The notes: a model not told the origin generated them from the sequence alone. DNA of 64,000 nucleotides from Candidatus Methanogaster sp. (GCA_003194445.1 PQXF01000001.1:140014-204013); one strand, 5' to 3'. Shown: positions 8,908-18,887, numbered from the stretch's first letter. Made by a program: numbers and translations.

Positions 8908-9818
8908 TGCACCTCATCTCAGCATCAGACCTAAAGCGCGAGGAGATATATAACCTCCTCGATCTGGCTGCCCGGATGAAAGAGGGGCGTGATTCGTATA
9001 TGGATGCGCTCAAAGGCCTGAGTCTTGCCATGATATTTGAAAAGCAATCCACGCGCACGAGAGTTTCCTTTGAGGTTGCGATGACCGAACTCGGAGGACA
9101 TGCGCTCTACTTGAATTACGCGGATCTCCAGCTCGGGCGGAGCGAGACGATCTGTGATACTGCAAGCGTACTCTCAAGGTACGTCCATGCGATCACGGCG
9201 CGGGTTTATAGCCACGAGATTGTGCGTGAACTTGCAAGATGCGCAGATATCCCTGTGATCAATGCGCTCTCTGATATGGAGCATCCGTGCCAGTTGCTTG
9301 CGGATCTGTTAACCATCCGGGAATGCAAAGGGGATCTGGAGGGTTTGCGCATTGCGTGGATCGGGGACGGGAACAACGTCTGCAACTCACTAATACTTGG
9401 AAGCGCAATAACCGGCATGAACCTCTCTGTAGCGTGCCCTGCCGGATACGAGCCGGATGCGAGGGTTGTGGCTCATGCTAACGAACTCGGAAGCAGTCTC
9501 TTGATTACAAACGACCCGGTCGAGGCGGCATCCGGCGCTGATGTCCTCTACACCGATGTCTGGGTATCGATGGGGGATGAGGAGGAAGAGGAGGAGCGTT
9601 TCCGGGATTTTTCCGGTTTCCAGATCAACAGCGATCTTTTGGGTCATGCAAAATCTGATTGTATCGTACTCCACTGCCTGCCAGCGCATCGCGGTCAGGA
9701 GATCTCTGCCGAGGTGCTGGACGGCGAGCATTCGGTCGTACTGGATCAGGCGGAGAACCGGCTGCATGCGCAAAAAGCGCTACTGATGACGGTGATCCCG
9801 TGCCAGTGCGATGGGTGA
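8904..9818 (+). CDS. argF: Ornithine carbamoyltransferase
   Basis: STRTR, HPCQ and HCLP motifs are present. Start set at the ATG at 8904, overlapping the map stop (ATGA). The 53-codon upstream extension in the track ORF lies inside map. Confidence 0.9.
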   Translation: MMHLISASDLKREEIYNLLDLAARMKEGRDSYMDALKGLSLAMIFEKQSTRTRVSFEVAMTELGGHALYLNYADLQLGRSETICDTASVLSRYVHAITARVYSHEIVRELARCADIPVINALSDMEHPCQLLADLLTIRECKGDLEGLRIAWIGDGNNVCNSLILGSAITGMNLSVACPAGYEPDARVVAHANELGSSLLITNDPVEAASGADVLYTDVWVSMGDEEEEEERFRDFSGFQINSDLLGHAKSDCIVLHCLPAHRGQEISAEVLDGEHSVVLDQAENRLHAQKALLMTVIPCQCDG

Positions 9819-9835
9819 TGGGTAGTCCCCGCGCA

Positions 9836-9850
9836 CCAAAAGTTTATATC
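9836..9850 (+). promoter_or_regulatory. Archaeal BRE/TATA promoter for tRNA-Lys
   Basis: CAAAAG-TTTATATC, with the TATA core at 9843-9850, about 30 nt upstream of the mature tRNA 5' end at 9880. Confidence 0.55.
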
Positions 9851-9879
9851 CTGCATGACCCAACACATCACGTACAGAC

Positions 9880-9953
9880 GGGCTCGTAGCTCAGTCAGGC
9901 AGAGCGGTGGGCTCTTAACCCATTCGCCAAGGGTTCAAATCCCTTCGAGCCCG
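9880..9953 (+). tRNA. tRNA-Lys (anticodon CUU)
   Basis: Cloverleaf read by hand. Acceptor GGGCTCG/CGAGCCC, D arm GCTC..GAGC, anticodon stem GTGGG/CCCAT with loop CT-CTT-AA, T arm AAGGG-TTCAAAT-CCCTT, discriminator G. CCA is not encoded. Confidence 0.9.
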
Positions 9954-9978
9954 TTTGAAACACAATGGGTGGCAAATC

Positions 9979-10290
9979 GTGGTAACGATCAGCAGGTCCG
10001 CAGCAGATGAACTGAAAAGCATCTTCAAAGCCGAAGCCAGTCTGGAACATGCCGATTGCGGTCTGCGAATATACGTGGCAGGAATGGGTGATCATGGCAT
10101 AATGTATGGTCTTGAACTGGACAATGCCAGGCACGATCGCGACATTGTACTCGATCTCGGTGGGATTAAGACGCTTATCGACGAGAAGATCGCACCATCG
10201 GTGCAGAATATCGTGATCGATTTTACGGATACTCATGATGGGCGCGGATTCGTGATCAGCGATCCCTATCTGTGTTGTGGGCGCAGGTGA
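9979..10290 (+). CDS. HesB/IscA-like Fe-S cluster insertion protein
   Basis: VTISRSAADELK..GLRIYVAG.G..G..YGLELD...GFVISDP..CCG resembles the IscA/HesB fold and its Cys pattern. GTG at 9979 is preferred because the TTG at 9955 abuts the tRNA. Confidence 0.55.
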   Translation: MVTISRSAADELKSIFKAEASLEHADCGLRIYVAGMGDHGIMYGLELDNARHDRDIVLDLGGIKTLIDEKIAPSVQNIVIDFTDTHDGRGFVISDPYLCCGRR

Positions 10291-10358
10291 CTTCGTATGT
10301 AGACACACTTTTATAGATCGCCATAGCCCTATTAGAATACAGAATACGAGGAATCACA

Positions 10359-11360
10359 ATGATGAAGAAAATACTACTATGTATCCTATTGCTCTCCTTT
10401 GCCCCCCATGCAGTCGGTTCCCCACAGTACGCGATGCAAGATATGGTCATAGGAGCCTATCTGATAGATCTGAGCTACAATGGTGAAGGGAACACCGCGA
10501 TAGCCAGGGAAACTATCGTATTCATAAATAACGGGGATGCAAATCACACAGATGATCTCTGCGTCATTGTCCCCGAGACTGCAACGGTCATGTATATGAA
10601 CAAGGTGGGGCACCAAAACATGAATGCATCCGCAATCCCGGTTAAGTATGATCAGGTGGGTGAGGTTCTCTACTGGAATGCAACGATTGCACCACGATCG
10701 ATGGCGATGTACTCCATAATGTACACCGTACCGATCACCGAATCGGGCGAGTTTATAAAGAATCTCGATCCAGCGGTTATGAATTATCCACTCACCAGGT
10801 TCACGCTGAATGTCAGCACAGACGGCAGTATCAAACTGACAGATGCAAATGGGGTGGTAATAAGACAGGATCCTGAGGACGATAGGGGGGGCGGAGCTCT
10901 GTACGAATGGGCAGGTGGTGTGCCGTTTAAGGAGTTGCACGTGATGGCATCATCACAGCCACAACCAGCTAATACAGATAAATGGATCGTATATGGCATC
11001 ATTGCAGTGCTGGTCATCGCTGCGCTGACCTATCCGATAATCCATGTCAGGAACAACAGACTGCGGGAGAAGGAAGGTGGAAACAAACTCTCATGCGCGT
11101 CCTGCTCTGTTTGCAGCGAGGATGGTAAAAATGATAAAGAACCGAGGGGGGGCGACTGGGATGAGATGGATGAGATCATCACGGAGATCTCCCAGACTGA
11201 AGAGGATCTGATACGGAAGAAGAGGGCGATTCTTGCCGTGCTTAATAAACTGGAAGAAGATCGTGACGCTGGCGCGGTTTCAGATGCCGATTACAAGCGG
11301 ATATCATCGAAGTACGAGAAGCAGGCAATCGCGATAATGAAACAACTGGACAAGATGTGA
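10359..11360 (+). CDS. Single-pass membrane protein, unknown function
   Basis: Signal peptide MMKKILLCILLLSFAPHAVG, one TM helix (WIVYGIIAVLVIAALTYPII), then a cytoplasmic Cys cluster (CASCSVC) and a coiled-coil tail. Confidence 0.6.
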   Translation: MMKKILLCILLLSFAPHAVGSPQYAMQDMVIGAYLIDLSYNGEGNTAIARETIVFINNGDANHTDDLCVIVPETATVMYMNKVGHQNMNASAIPVKYDQVGEVLYWNATIAPRSMAMYSIMYTVPITESGEFIKNLDPAVMNYPLTRFTLNVSTDGSIKLTDANGVVIRQDPEDDRGGGALYEWAGGVPFKELHVMASSQPQPANTDKWIVYGIIAVLVIAALTYPIIHVRNNRLREKEGGNKLSCASCSVCSEDGKNDKEPRGGDWDEMDEIITEISQTEEDLIRKKRAILAVLNKLEEDRDAGAVSDADYKRISSKYEKQAIAIMKQLDKM

Positions 11361-11361
11361 G

Positions 11362-11967
11362 ATGAGAACCGGAATCATCCTCTGCGGCGGAAGAAGCAGG
11401 CGTTTCGGGAAGGATAAAGCGCTGCTATCCACCGAGGGGGTGCCGATGGTTCAAAGGATGACTGGTCGCATCTCACAGGTTGTGGATAAGATCATCATCG
11501 CTGCACGGGACTCTGCACAGCGCGAATCGCTTGCAGCGATTTCAGCGATTCCGGATGGTGCAGAGGTCGTATGCGATTCGGTTATCGGATATGGTCCTGT
11601 TGCAGGCATTCTCGCAGGACTCCGCGCATCGAAATCAGAATATTCGATCTGTCTCGCATGTGACCTGCCTTACGTCAATCCGGATGTTGTTGATGCGCTC
11701 TTTGGGTGTGCAGAGGCGAATAATGGCGATGTCGCAATCCCGAAGCATCCGAACGGGATACTTGAACCGCTCCATGCGGTCTATGGTAAATCGATGGTGA
11801 GGGCGTGTCGCGATGCTATTGGTATGGGGGAGCATACCATCCGCGGAGCGATGTCGTCACTGGAGAGGGTTGTATTCGTGCCTACAGAGTCGCTTCGGAG
11901 GTTCGATCCTGATCTGCGTACGTTTCTGAATGTGAATTATCCGGAGGATCTTGGGGTGATGGTATGA
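11362..11967 (+). CDS. mobA: Molybdenum cofactor guanylyltransferase
   Basis: GIILCGGRSRRFG.DKALL N-terminal motif and MobA-like length (201 aa). Confidence 0.8.
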   Translation: MRTGIILCGGRSRRFGKDKALLSTEGVPMVQRMTGRISQVVDKIIIAARDSAQRESLAAISAIPDGAEVVCDSVIGYGPVAGILAGLRASKSEYSICLACDLPYVNPDVVDALFGCAEANNGDVAIPKHPNGILEPLHAVYGKSMVRACRDAIGMGEHTIRGAMSSLERVVFVPTESLRRFDPDLRTFLNVNYPEDLGVMV

Positions 11968-12063
11968 AAACGTTTCATGAGGCTGTCGAGTCACTCTGGT
12001 GCGGAGGCTGATTTTTTTGCAGGAATCGAAACTTATATGTGAAAATGCAGGTAAGCAACATAT

Positions 12064-12531
12064 ATGACCAAAGGCGAACCAGAGGCGAGGACTTATCTTT
12101 TCAGGGTGGTGGTCGAACCGGATGAAGATCGATGGCATGCCTACTGCCCAGCCCTTGAGGACATCGGGGGTGCTACGTGGGGACATACTAGAGAAGAAGC
12201 ATTAAAAAATATAAGAGAAGTGGTTGAAATGATAATAGAAGAACTCATCGAAGACGGAGAACATATACCTGAAGCTTTAGAAAATGAAGTTCGGATTTTC
12301 CCTGAATCGGCGCTATCTAAAAATCCAATGGTTTTCGACGATTTACTCGATTCGTGTCATTCGTCTATTCGTGGAATTCGTGATAAAATCAGCACCAATA
12401 GATCACGAATGGTAACGAATGACGCGAATTGCACGAATGTTCGAAGACGTGTACACCACCATAAAATCAAAGTGTTTTCAATGGAGTTTTCGGTTGCACC
12501 CTCTGAACCAATGGTAATGGTAACAGCCTGA
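12064..12531 (+). CDS. HicB-like antitoxin (UPF0150 fold) with a repeat element inserted near its 3' end
   Basis: YLFRVVVEPDEDRWHAYCPALEDIGGATWGHTREEALKNIREVVEMIIEELIEDGEHIP is HicB/UPF0150-like. Codons from about 12316 to 12494 are encoded by repeat family 1, and the frame stays open through it. Confidence 0.55.
   Translation: MTKGEPEARTYLFRVVVEPDEDRWHAYCPALEDIGGATWGHTREEALKNIREVVEMIIEELIEDGEHIPEALENEVRIFPESALSKNPMVFDDLLDSCHSSIRGIRDKISTNRSRMVTNDANCTNVRRRVHHHKIKVFSMEFSVAPSEPMVMVTA
12316..12494 (+). repeat. Dispersed repeat family 1, copy b (inside hicB-like gene)
   Basis: TCTAAAAATCCAATGGTTTTCGACGATTTACTCGATTCG...AATCAGCACCAATAGATCACGAATGGTAACGAATGACGCGAATTGCACGAATGTTCGAA...CACCACCATAAAATCAAAGTGTTTTCAATGGAGTTTTCGG. 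Confidence 0.8.
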
Positions 12532-12689
12532 TGCTAATCGATCATAGCAAGCTGCGAAACATAACTGCCAGGAAAATCATCTCCGCTCTTTCTCGTGATG
12601 GATTCTACCCCAATCTCAAAAGGGGAGTTATCAAAGATATTATTACCTCTCTGAAACACCAAAGCCACCCGTCAGGCGAGAAGCGATAA
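12531..12689 (+). pseudogene. HicA-like toxin remnant (52 codons)
   Basis: MLIDHSKLRNITARKIISALSRDGFYPNLKRG...[10 protein letters not shown] resembles the HicA N-terminal half (..ALxxDGFY..R..GSH....HP) but lacks the C-terminal half. Its ATG overlaps the hicB stop (TGATG). Confidence 0.35.
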
Positions 12690-12690
12690 C

Positions 12691-13773
12691 ATGATAGAGA
12701 ACCAAATCGCAGAGAAGACACTGCTCGAGATGATCGAGGATCTCTACGACCAGTTCGAGAACGGAACGATCCCGAACATCAAGATATCCACAAGAACGAA
12801 GAAGAATATCGAGTACAACGAGGATAGTGAGGTCTGGGTATATGGCGATCAGACCAGCATGCGGAGTGCAAAGACCGTAAAGGGCGCGTATCACCTCTTG
12901 AAGATGGCATATTCAATAGAACTCCTCATAAACGAACATTTGAGGAACAATCGCGGATCTACTCTGCGAGAACTCTATTACATATCCGAGAACTGGGATA
13001 TCGCGAAGTTTAAGCAGCAGTCAGAGAGCGACCGGCTGATCGAGGATCTTGAGATCATCAGCGCGCTCCAGCGGGAGGATTTTCACATCCGCCCTGAGGA
13101 GGACGGGGCAACAATCTTCGGACCCATATCCCTGCTCGAAGAGACAAAGCGGGGCGAGCGCCAGATCCACTGCCGGGAGGATGTTGGCGAGAGCGGATAC
13201 CAGATACCGTTTAACGTGGACAACGTCCGATTCAAGGATCACGATGCGAAACTCGTTGTTGCGATCGAGACTGGCGGTATGTATGCCAGGTTGATCGAGA
13301 ATGGGTTTGATGAGGAGTATGATGCGGTTCTGGTGCACCTGAAGGGTCAGCCCGCAAGGAGCACCCGCCGCATGGTCAAACGGATGAGCGAGGAGTTATC
13401 ACTCCCTGTCGTCGTCTTCACAGACGGCGATCCATGGAGTTACCGGATCTACGCGAGCGTCGCTTACGGATCGATCAAGAGTGCACACCTCTCTGAATAC
13501 CTTGCAGCCCCCAAGGCGCTCTTTCTTGGCGTGCAGCCGGCAGATATCGTTGAGTACTCACTTTCCACCGACAAGTTGACAGATCAAGACATCGCTGCCC
13601 TGAAGAGCGAACTCACCGATCCGAGGTTCGCTACCGAGTACTGGAAGGAACAGATCAATCTCCAGATCAAACTCGGGAAGAAATCCGAGCAGCAGGCGTT
13701 TGCCGGGAAGGGTCTGGATTTCGTGACCGACACATATCTGCCCGCCCGCCTCTCAGAGATGGGGGTCGTATAA
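12691..13773 (+). CDS. top6A: DNA topoisomerase VI subunit A
   Basis: 360 aa. Spo11/TopoVIA motifs are present, including the Toprim region [13 protein letters not shown]...[15 protein letters not shown]. Confidence 0.9.
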   Translation: MIENQIAEKTLLEMIEDLYDQFENGTIPNIKISTRTKKNIEYNEDSEVWVYGDQTSMRSAKTVKGAYHLLKMAYSIELLINEHLRNNRGSTLRELYYISENWDIAKFKQQSESDRLIEDLEIISALQREDFHIRPEEDGATIFGPISLLEETKRGERQIHCREDVGESGYQIPFNVDNVRFKDHDAKLVVAIETGGMYARLIENGFDEEYDAVLVHLKGQPARSTRRMVKRMSEELSLPVVVFTDGDPWSYRIYASVAYGSIKSAHLSEYLAAPKALFLGVQPADIVEYSLSTDKLTDQDIAALKSELTDPRFATEYWKEQINLQIKLGKKSEQQAFAGKGLDFVTDTYLPARLSEMGVV

Positions 13774-14589
13774 GTGGGCGACTTCCTCTTTGCTACCCGG
13801 TCGTGCCTTGGATTCCTTACGACGATCCCTGTTGGTATCAGCATGGAAGGACTCGCTGCTCTCGGCAAGCGTCTGTATCTCTTTCCTGTGATCGGCGCGG
13901 TGATCGGGCTTCTTATTGGCGGGATCGGCTACCTCTTCGGGTCAGTTCTGCCGCCAGAGGCAGCTTCGGTCATGATCATAGCCTCGCTCTACTACTTAAC
14001 CGGCATCAACCACCTCGACGGGCTTTCTGATTTTGGCGACGGGTTCGTTGCGCACGGTTCACGCGAAAAGAAGATCGGTGCGATGCGTGACGTCTCGCTT
14101 GGCATCGGAGGGGTCGTATTCTGCGTGATCGCGGTTCTCGGATTGTTCGCAACAATGAGCGGGATACTGGAACGCGATTCCGTCGGTGTCGGCTATCAGT
14201 TTCTGGCGGTCATGATCGCTGCCGAGGTGAGCGCAAAGCAGGCGATGCTTACGATCTCGGCGTTTGGGAAGAGTATTCACCCGGGGCTTGGATCGATCAT
14301 GATCGATGAGACCGGATCTCGTGAGTTTGCAATCGGGCTACTCTTCTCGGCTGCGGTCTGCGTACTCGTCTTCGCGGGCGTGGGCATGTATGTTGGTCAT
14401 GATGCATGCGCAACCATAGGTCTGCCCGTACTCGGTGTTGCAATGCTCAGCAGCGCGATCGCATTGTCGCTCGTCGTTCTCGGGACTGCAAACCGCAACT
14501 TCGGTGGCATCAGCGGCGATGTGATCGGGGCTACGAATGAGATTGCACGACTTGGTGCGCTGCTGGTGGCTGTGGCGTGGGTGGTGTAG
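13774..14589 (+). CDS. cobS: Adenosylcobinamide-GDP ribazoletransferase (cobalamin synthase)
   Basis: GFLTTIPV and NHLDGLSDFGDG motifs in a polytopic membrane protein. GTG start immediately after the top6A stop. Confidence 0.8.
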   Translation: MGDFLFATRSCLGFLTTIPVGISMEGLAALGKRLYLFPVIGAVIGLLIGGIGYLFGSVLPPEAASVMIIASLYYLTGINHLDGLSDFGDGFVAHGSREKKIGAMRDVSLGIGGVVFCVIAVLGLFATMSGILERDSVGVGYQFLAVMIAAEVSAKQAMLTISAFGKSIHPGLGSIMIDETGSREFAIGLLFSAAVCVLVFAGVGMYVGHDACATIGLPVLGVAMLSSAIALSLVVLGTANRNFGGISGDVIGATNEIARLGALLVAVAWVV

Positions 14590-14727
14590 CGATATAAACA
14601 GAAACCTATGTTTTGCTATTAGATAAGTAATATAAAATCAAAAAATCTACTTAAAACCACAAAAGTTATATACTGGGAAGTCGGTATACTATAAGAATAG
14701 ATTACATCGCTTGGGAGTGTGAGAACA

Positions 14728-15234
14728 ATGGGAATTCTTGATACCGGAATTAAAATCTTGCAAGATATAAAGTATGAATTTTCTGATGACCCTTTCATGG
14801 TTGGTTTGAGATTTGAAGATTATGTACAAGGCCTGTTCTCGAAAAAGTATTTTGCAATCTCAGAGAAAACACATTCTACTGAAACCAACCAGAAACAATA
14901 TGTTGAAAGTAGTATGAATCCCGATTTTGTGTTTAGATATATGCCTACCGGTAAACAGTTTGCTGTGGAGTGTAAATATCGTTCAGGGCTTAAAGAGGGT
15001 CGCCTAAGTTGGAGCTACCCCAAACAAATGAAAAGATATCAAGAATTTTCACATAAACGAAAAATACCTGTTTTTATCGTTATTGGACTGGGTGGCGAGG
15101 ACAATGAACCTGAAGATATGTTCAATATCCCATTGGAAGAAGCAAAATACCCAGACCTATACCCAAGCGTAATTAATAGATTCAGCAGACTTCCTGACAA
15201 GCCATTTTTCTGGAAAAATGGAAAACTGTATTAG
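14728..15234 (+). CDS. PD-(D/E)xK nuclease-fold protein (restriction-endonuclease-like), AT-rich islet
   Basis: NPDFVFRY...GKQFAVECKYRS gives a D...E-x-K core arrangement. The gene is AT-rich relative to cobS. No family assigned. Confidence 0.45.
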   Translation: MGILDTGIKILQDIKYEFSDDPFMVGLRFEDYVQGLFSKKYFAISEKTHSTETNQKQYVESSMNPDFVFRYMPTGKQFAVECKYRSGLKEGRLSWSYPKQMKRYQEFSHKRKIPVFIVIGLGGEDNEPEDMFNIPLEEAKYPDLYPSVINRFSRLPDKPFFWKNGKLY

Positions 15235-15294
15235 ATTTTGCTTCTGATCACCTCTGCGGTGAACTATCGCTTGCCGTTTTCTGATATCAGAATC

Positions 15295-15501
15295 TTATAT
15301 CTCATTGAGACTCACGAATTCCTCGTCCCGAAGGATCTTTCGCTGCCGTTCTATAAACGCCTCGTCGTAGTCAGAGTGCTCCAACCACATATCGAGCGCA
15401 TCAGTCACTGCTTTTCCGGGATCAGCGTTTAAATCACTACATCGGTCTCGAAACGTACGATAAATCCTTTCATCCACGTCCTGAACCAATTGCGCTGACA
15501 T
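15295..15501 (-). CDS. Ribbon-helix-helix (CopG/antitoxin-like) protein
   Basis: 68 aa. VDERIYRTFRDRCSDLNADPGKAVTDALDMWL is an RHH pattern. Convergent with the nuclease-fold gene. Confidence 0.5.
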   Translation of the reverse strand: MSAQLVQDVDERIYRTFRDRCSDLNADPGKAVTDALDMWLEHSDYDEAFIERQRKILRDEEFVSLNEI

Positions 15502-15720
15502 AATTGTATAATCGTTGATGAAAGCCGTTATAGTTTTTGGTACATTGAGCCTGTCAAGTATTGCGCGAATTAACGAACCCCCGCGAATGTTTATACCCAG
15601 CCGTCGGCATTCGCACCACGTAAGGGTCAGGCAGTGCCTGTGCGGTATAATCTCATGCTACTGTTTCATGGTACATGCACAATATCGCGTACAGTCTTTA
15701 AATAAATGCAACGGTACAAA

Positions 15721-15812
15721 CAATCTGTAATCTGCGTTCATCCGGGTTAATGGCTTCGCCGCCGCTGTCGCGGTCAGTGGCTGACATGTTTTTAGCCACA
15801 GATTTCACCGAC
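15721..15812 (+). repeat. Hairpin repeat family 2 copy
   Basis: Matches the reverse complement of 1843-1925. Contains the GTGGCTGACATGTTTTTAGCCACAGATT hairpin. Confidence 0.6.
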
Positions 15813-15848
15813 TTCGGAAGTCCAATCATTCCCCTGTTCAAAACCAGA

Positions 15849-18800
15849 TCATGGGCGGATCCTATACACACGCGTCTCGTGTGGGTGCAGTTCTTGAACC
15901 GTGATGACCACACCCCCAACCACTACCTCTTGTGTAGATGTTACATCCGTTACCAGTTCTTTGACTTCCACAAAACCACCACCAAAGCCGAATTTTGACA
16001 GGTCAACTGATACTACACCGCTTTCCGTAGCAGAACCACTGTTTCCGACTGTATAATATAAACCGTCTTCAATCCCCCCATATCGCTCGAATTTTATATT
16101 GCGATTGTCGGCTGTCGCATAAGGTATGGGTTCCCATCCTGCGCTTGAGATCGCTTTTATGAGCGGTACATATCTCTTAAACAGCCCCCGATCCCGCCCG
16201 TACAGCGTGGCGTCAGCCCAGTAATCATCCCGCTTTCCGGACGCATACCAGATGCCTGGAAACATGCCATAGAACATCTGGTCATTGATATACGTTTCCA
16301 TCTCTGTATGCGTGATCGGGTCGTTCCCATATTGATCCCAGTTCAACAGATTGCGATTCGTCTTCTGGTAACTCATTGTACGGTGTAACGATGCATCAGC
16401 ACAGTCCATCCGCAGTTCCCAGACTTCACTACCCGGCACGTCAATCAGGTGCCCATAGAACGAATATGCGTACGAGAACATGTTCGCATCGAGACGCTTG
16501 CCTGCATCGCTCATATTTGCCTGCATCGCTGCAAGGTATTCATGTTGTGATAATGTACCAAGCAGCACTGGTTGTCTGGTATCATAACTAAATACAAGCG
16601 GATGATCCGTGTATGCCCACTGACGCCTCCGGTAGTTTTCAAGCATGGCAGATCTCCCGTGAGCGGAGAGCGAATCCAGACGTAAACCATCACATTGAGG
16701 GACGTACTCAGTGGATTCAAAACCGCTGTTCCGGACTAAATTATTAGCTGTCCCGGCTACGGACAGGCTGACATCATCGACCCAGAAAGTACCGTGTCCA
16801 CCATATATATTATTGCAAATTCTTATTGTTGCAGTATCTGGTGTGGTTGCAAATGCCATACTCTTCTGCGCCCAGTCGTTTGTCCCGTGCCAATAGTGCA
16901 GATTGCGCTGTGTTATATAAGTGCCGTCGGCTGCATATTCTGCTGCGCGTACGGCAGGAAAAGCAGAACCTCCGCATTGGTACGTGCGCCCCCACGCTGA
17001 AAAAACGTATTGCGTGGATGGCGATGCAGCGATCAGGTCACTGCATAGTACGGAAGAAGTGGCATCGTCCGTACCACCGATGTCGAGTTTGGCGGAATAG
17101 CTGCCAGTGCGTGAAACATCATCGGCGATATGCCAGTTATGCCAGCCAACCACTGTGGGAGTCCAGTTATGAGCGTGCAACGAGGATGAACGTCCATTGT
17201 CCATGCTGTATTCCAGATAGCTGACATCAAACCTGTTTAACCCAGGGATGTCCGGGTCAGGATTCATCGGGTAACTCTGTGACCATTCTAAAAAGTGTTC
17301 CCAGAAACATGGCAGAAGGTATTGGTTACCGTTTTTGTCAAGCGGACAAGTCTCAAGCACACTCGATGCCATCTGGCTTCGTGAGATCACGTATTCGTAC
17401 GGATCGGTCCCATCTACGATCTCTTTATCCAATCTCGCTATTTTTTCTTTATAAGACGGCTCGGCCGGATCATCGTCAAAATACGTTCGGTACCCCCATG
17501 GTTCGGAATATTCCATAGAATATATGCCATGCATTTCATTAAAGATTCGTTCTGATGGGGGCATGCAATGCGAATCGGTAAACACAAATCCAAAATCGTC
17601 CACGTCCGGTATATTCATCTGGTGATCGATAACCCAGAGCCCCTCCCGGTCATTTTTCTTCACAAAAAACCCGGGGTACAGCTCATAATACTTCTTCGCC
17701 GCAGCCCTGAAACCCCACTCGGGTTCATCTACCCGGTACAGGATAAACGTAAAGTTAGCATGACCCGCCCCGATCTTATCGGTGCAGTTTGAAAGCCCGA
17801 AATCATACTCAATCAAATAGCCGCCTGCATCAGTATCGTACCCGATCCGGTATATTCTCGGCATGTCCATCGGAACCGCGAGACAGATGCCCTGCCTGCC
17901 ATCGCCGACAAACGTAAACGGATACGTGTTCTGCGTCCGCACGTCCCCGATCTTGTACACATTCTCGTACCGTGTCCCGGATTTGATCTTCCTGCCCTTC
18001 CTGATATCATCATCCCACTGCCAGCCGGTGGCATCCACAGGCAGGGCATACTGCACCTGAATTGCCCGGTCCACTCCTCGCATATCCTGTATATCGCCAT
18101 GTACTTCGATATATCGGTCTTTTGGTATGTAATCGAATTTAAACGCAATATCCGAACTGATTACATGCTCTGTGATGCTGCCATCAGTATTCTTTTCAAC
18201 CGTGCCGGAAAGCGGGATGCCGGGCGTGGTTGAAGATACCTCTCCAAAGGAGAAACCACCGGGTAGGAATAGCATTGGAATCCTGTTATCGTCTATTGCC
18301 ATGCCAGTGACTGTTCCGTCTTCTGTGAGACTAAATTCGAGACCATCTGATGTGCGCACCATGAATTCAGCACGCCTCGTCGTCTCTGCCGTCTGGTTGA
18401 CCCAAGTCTTACCCGTATTTCCGGATACATCGACCGTATATATACCAATCTCGTAACAGGTGCCGGACTTAAGTCCGGTCATATTGTAAAATGACTCCGG
18501 AGTGGTACCACCGTGCATTTCGCTTATGTAAACCAGCCCATAAGCAAATCCCATATGCCGATACATGATCTCTGGCAGCCGGTTGCCGTTTAAGTAAATT
18601 CGCGCATAAGTGAATCTTGCACTCCCCCGGTTTGTCCACGTCCAGTTGATCCATGTCCTGCCCGCGGTATGGTTAAGGTCAGTGACACATGGCAGCGGTG
18701 CTGCATGAGCTTCCAGTCCCGACCATGTAGCAGACAACCCCTCAGACGCATGTACCCCGGATGTGCGCGGAAAAGCCGAAGTTCCGGATGTGAATGCGAA

Positions 18801-18887
18801 CAGCAGAAGCGATATACACGCGATTGTCAGTAGATACCATACATACTGGTGGACATGTCCTTTTTTTGGAAGTGCAGTGCTGCGCAT
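15849..18887 (-). CDS. Large secreted protein with a CBM4/9-like carbohydrate-binding module (putative polysaccharide-active enzyme)
   Basis: About 1010 aa from the ATG at 18887 (MRSTALPKKGHVHQYVWYLLTIACISLLLFAFTSGTSA signal/anchor). A jelly-roll-like block (..WHIADDVSRTGSYSAKLDIGG...TFWVDDVSLS..NLVRNSGFES) is present. The catalytic family is not recognised. Confidence 0.6.
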   Translation of the reverse strand: MRSTALPKKGHVHQYVWYLLTIACISLLLFAFTSGTSAFPRTSGVHASEGLSATWSGLEAHAAPLPCVTDLNHTAGRTWINWTWTNRGSARFTYARIYLNGNRLPEIMYRHMGFAYGLVYISEMHGGTTPESFYNMTGLKSGTCYEIGIYTVDVSGNTGKTWVNQTAETTRRAEFMVRTSDGLEFSLTEDGTVTGMAIDDNRIPMLFLPGGFSFGEVSSTTPGIPLSGTVEKNTDGSITEHVISSDIAFKFDYIPKDRYIEVHGDIQDMRGVDRAIQVQYALPVDATGWQWDDDIRKGRKIKSGTRYENVYKIGDVRTQNTYPFTFVGDGRQGICLAVPMDMPRIYRIGYDTDAGGYLIEYDFGLSNCTDKIGAGHANFTFILYRVDEPEWGFRAAAKKYYELYPGFFVKKNDREGLWVIDHQMNIPDVDDFGFVFTDSHCMPPSERIFNEMHGIYSMEYSEPWGYRTYFDDDPAEPSYKEKIARLDKEIVDGTDPYEYVISRSQMASSVLETCPLDKNGNQYLLPCFWEHFLEWSQSYPMNPDPDIPGLNRFDVSYLEYSMDNGRSSSLHAHNWTPTVVGWHNWHIADDVSRTGSYSAKLDIGGTDDATSSVLCSDLIAASPSTQYVFSAWGRTYQCGGSAFPAVRAAEYAADGTYITQRNLHYWHGTNDWAQKSMAFATTPDTATIRICNNIYGGHGTFWVDDVSLSVAGTANNLVRNSGFESTEYVPQCDGLRLDSLSAHGRSAMLENYRRRQWAYTDHPLVFSYDTRQPVLLGTLSQHEYLAAMQANMSDAGKRLDANMFSYAYSFYGHLIDVPGSEVWELRMDCADASLHRTMSYQKTNRNLLNWDQYGNDPITHTEMETYINDQMFYGMFPGIWYASGKRDDYWADATLYGRDRGLFKRYVPLIKAISSAGWEPIPYATADNRNIKFERYGGIEDGLYYTVGNSGSATESGVVSVDLSKFGFGGGFVEVKELVTDVTSTQEVVVGGVVITVQELHPHETRVYRIRP

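Noticed and set aside
12316-12494. Conserved peptide ISTNRSRM(V/T).NDANC..(also in ORFs 5476-5778 and 33235-33483) as a real protein domain
   Set aside because: The similarity is at DNA level, occurs in both orientations and in non-coding contexts, and the flanking frames are unrelated. It is a dispersed nucleotide repeat, not a domain.
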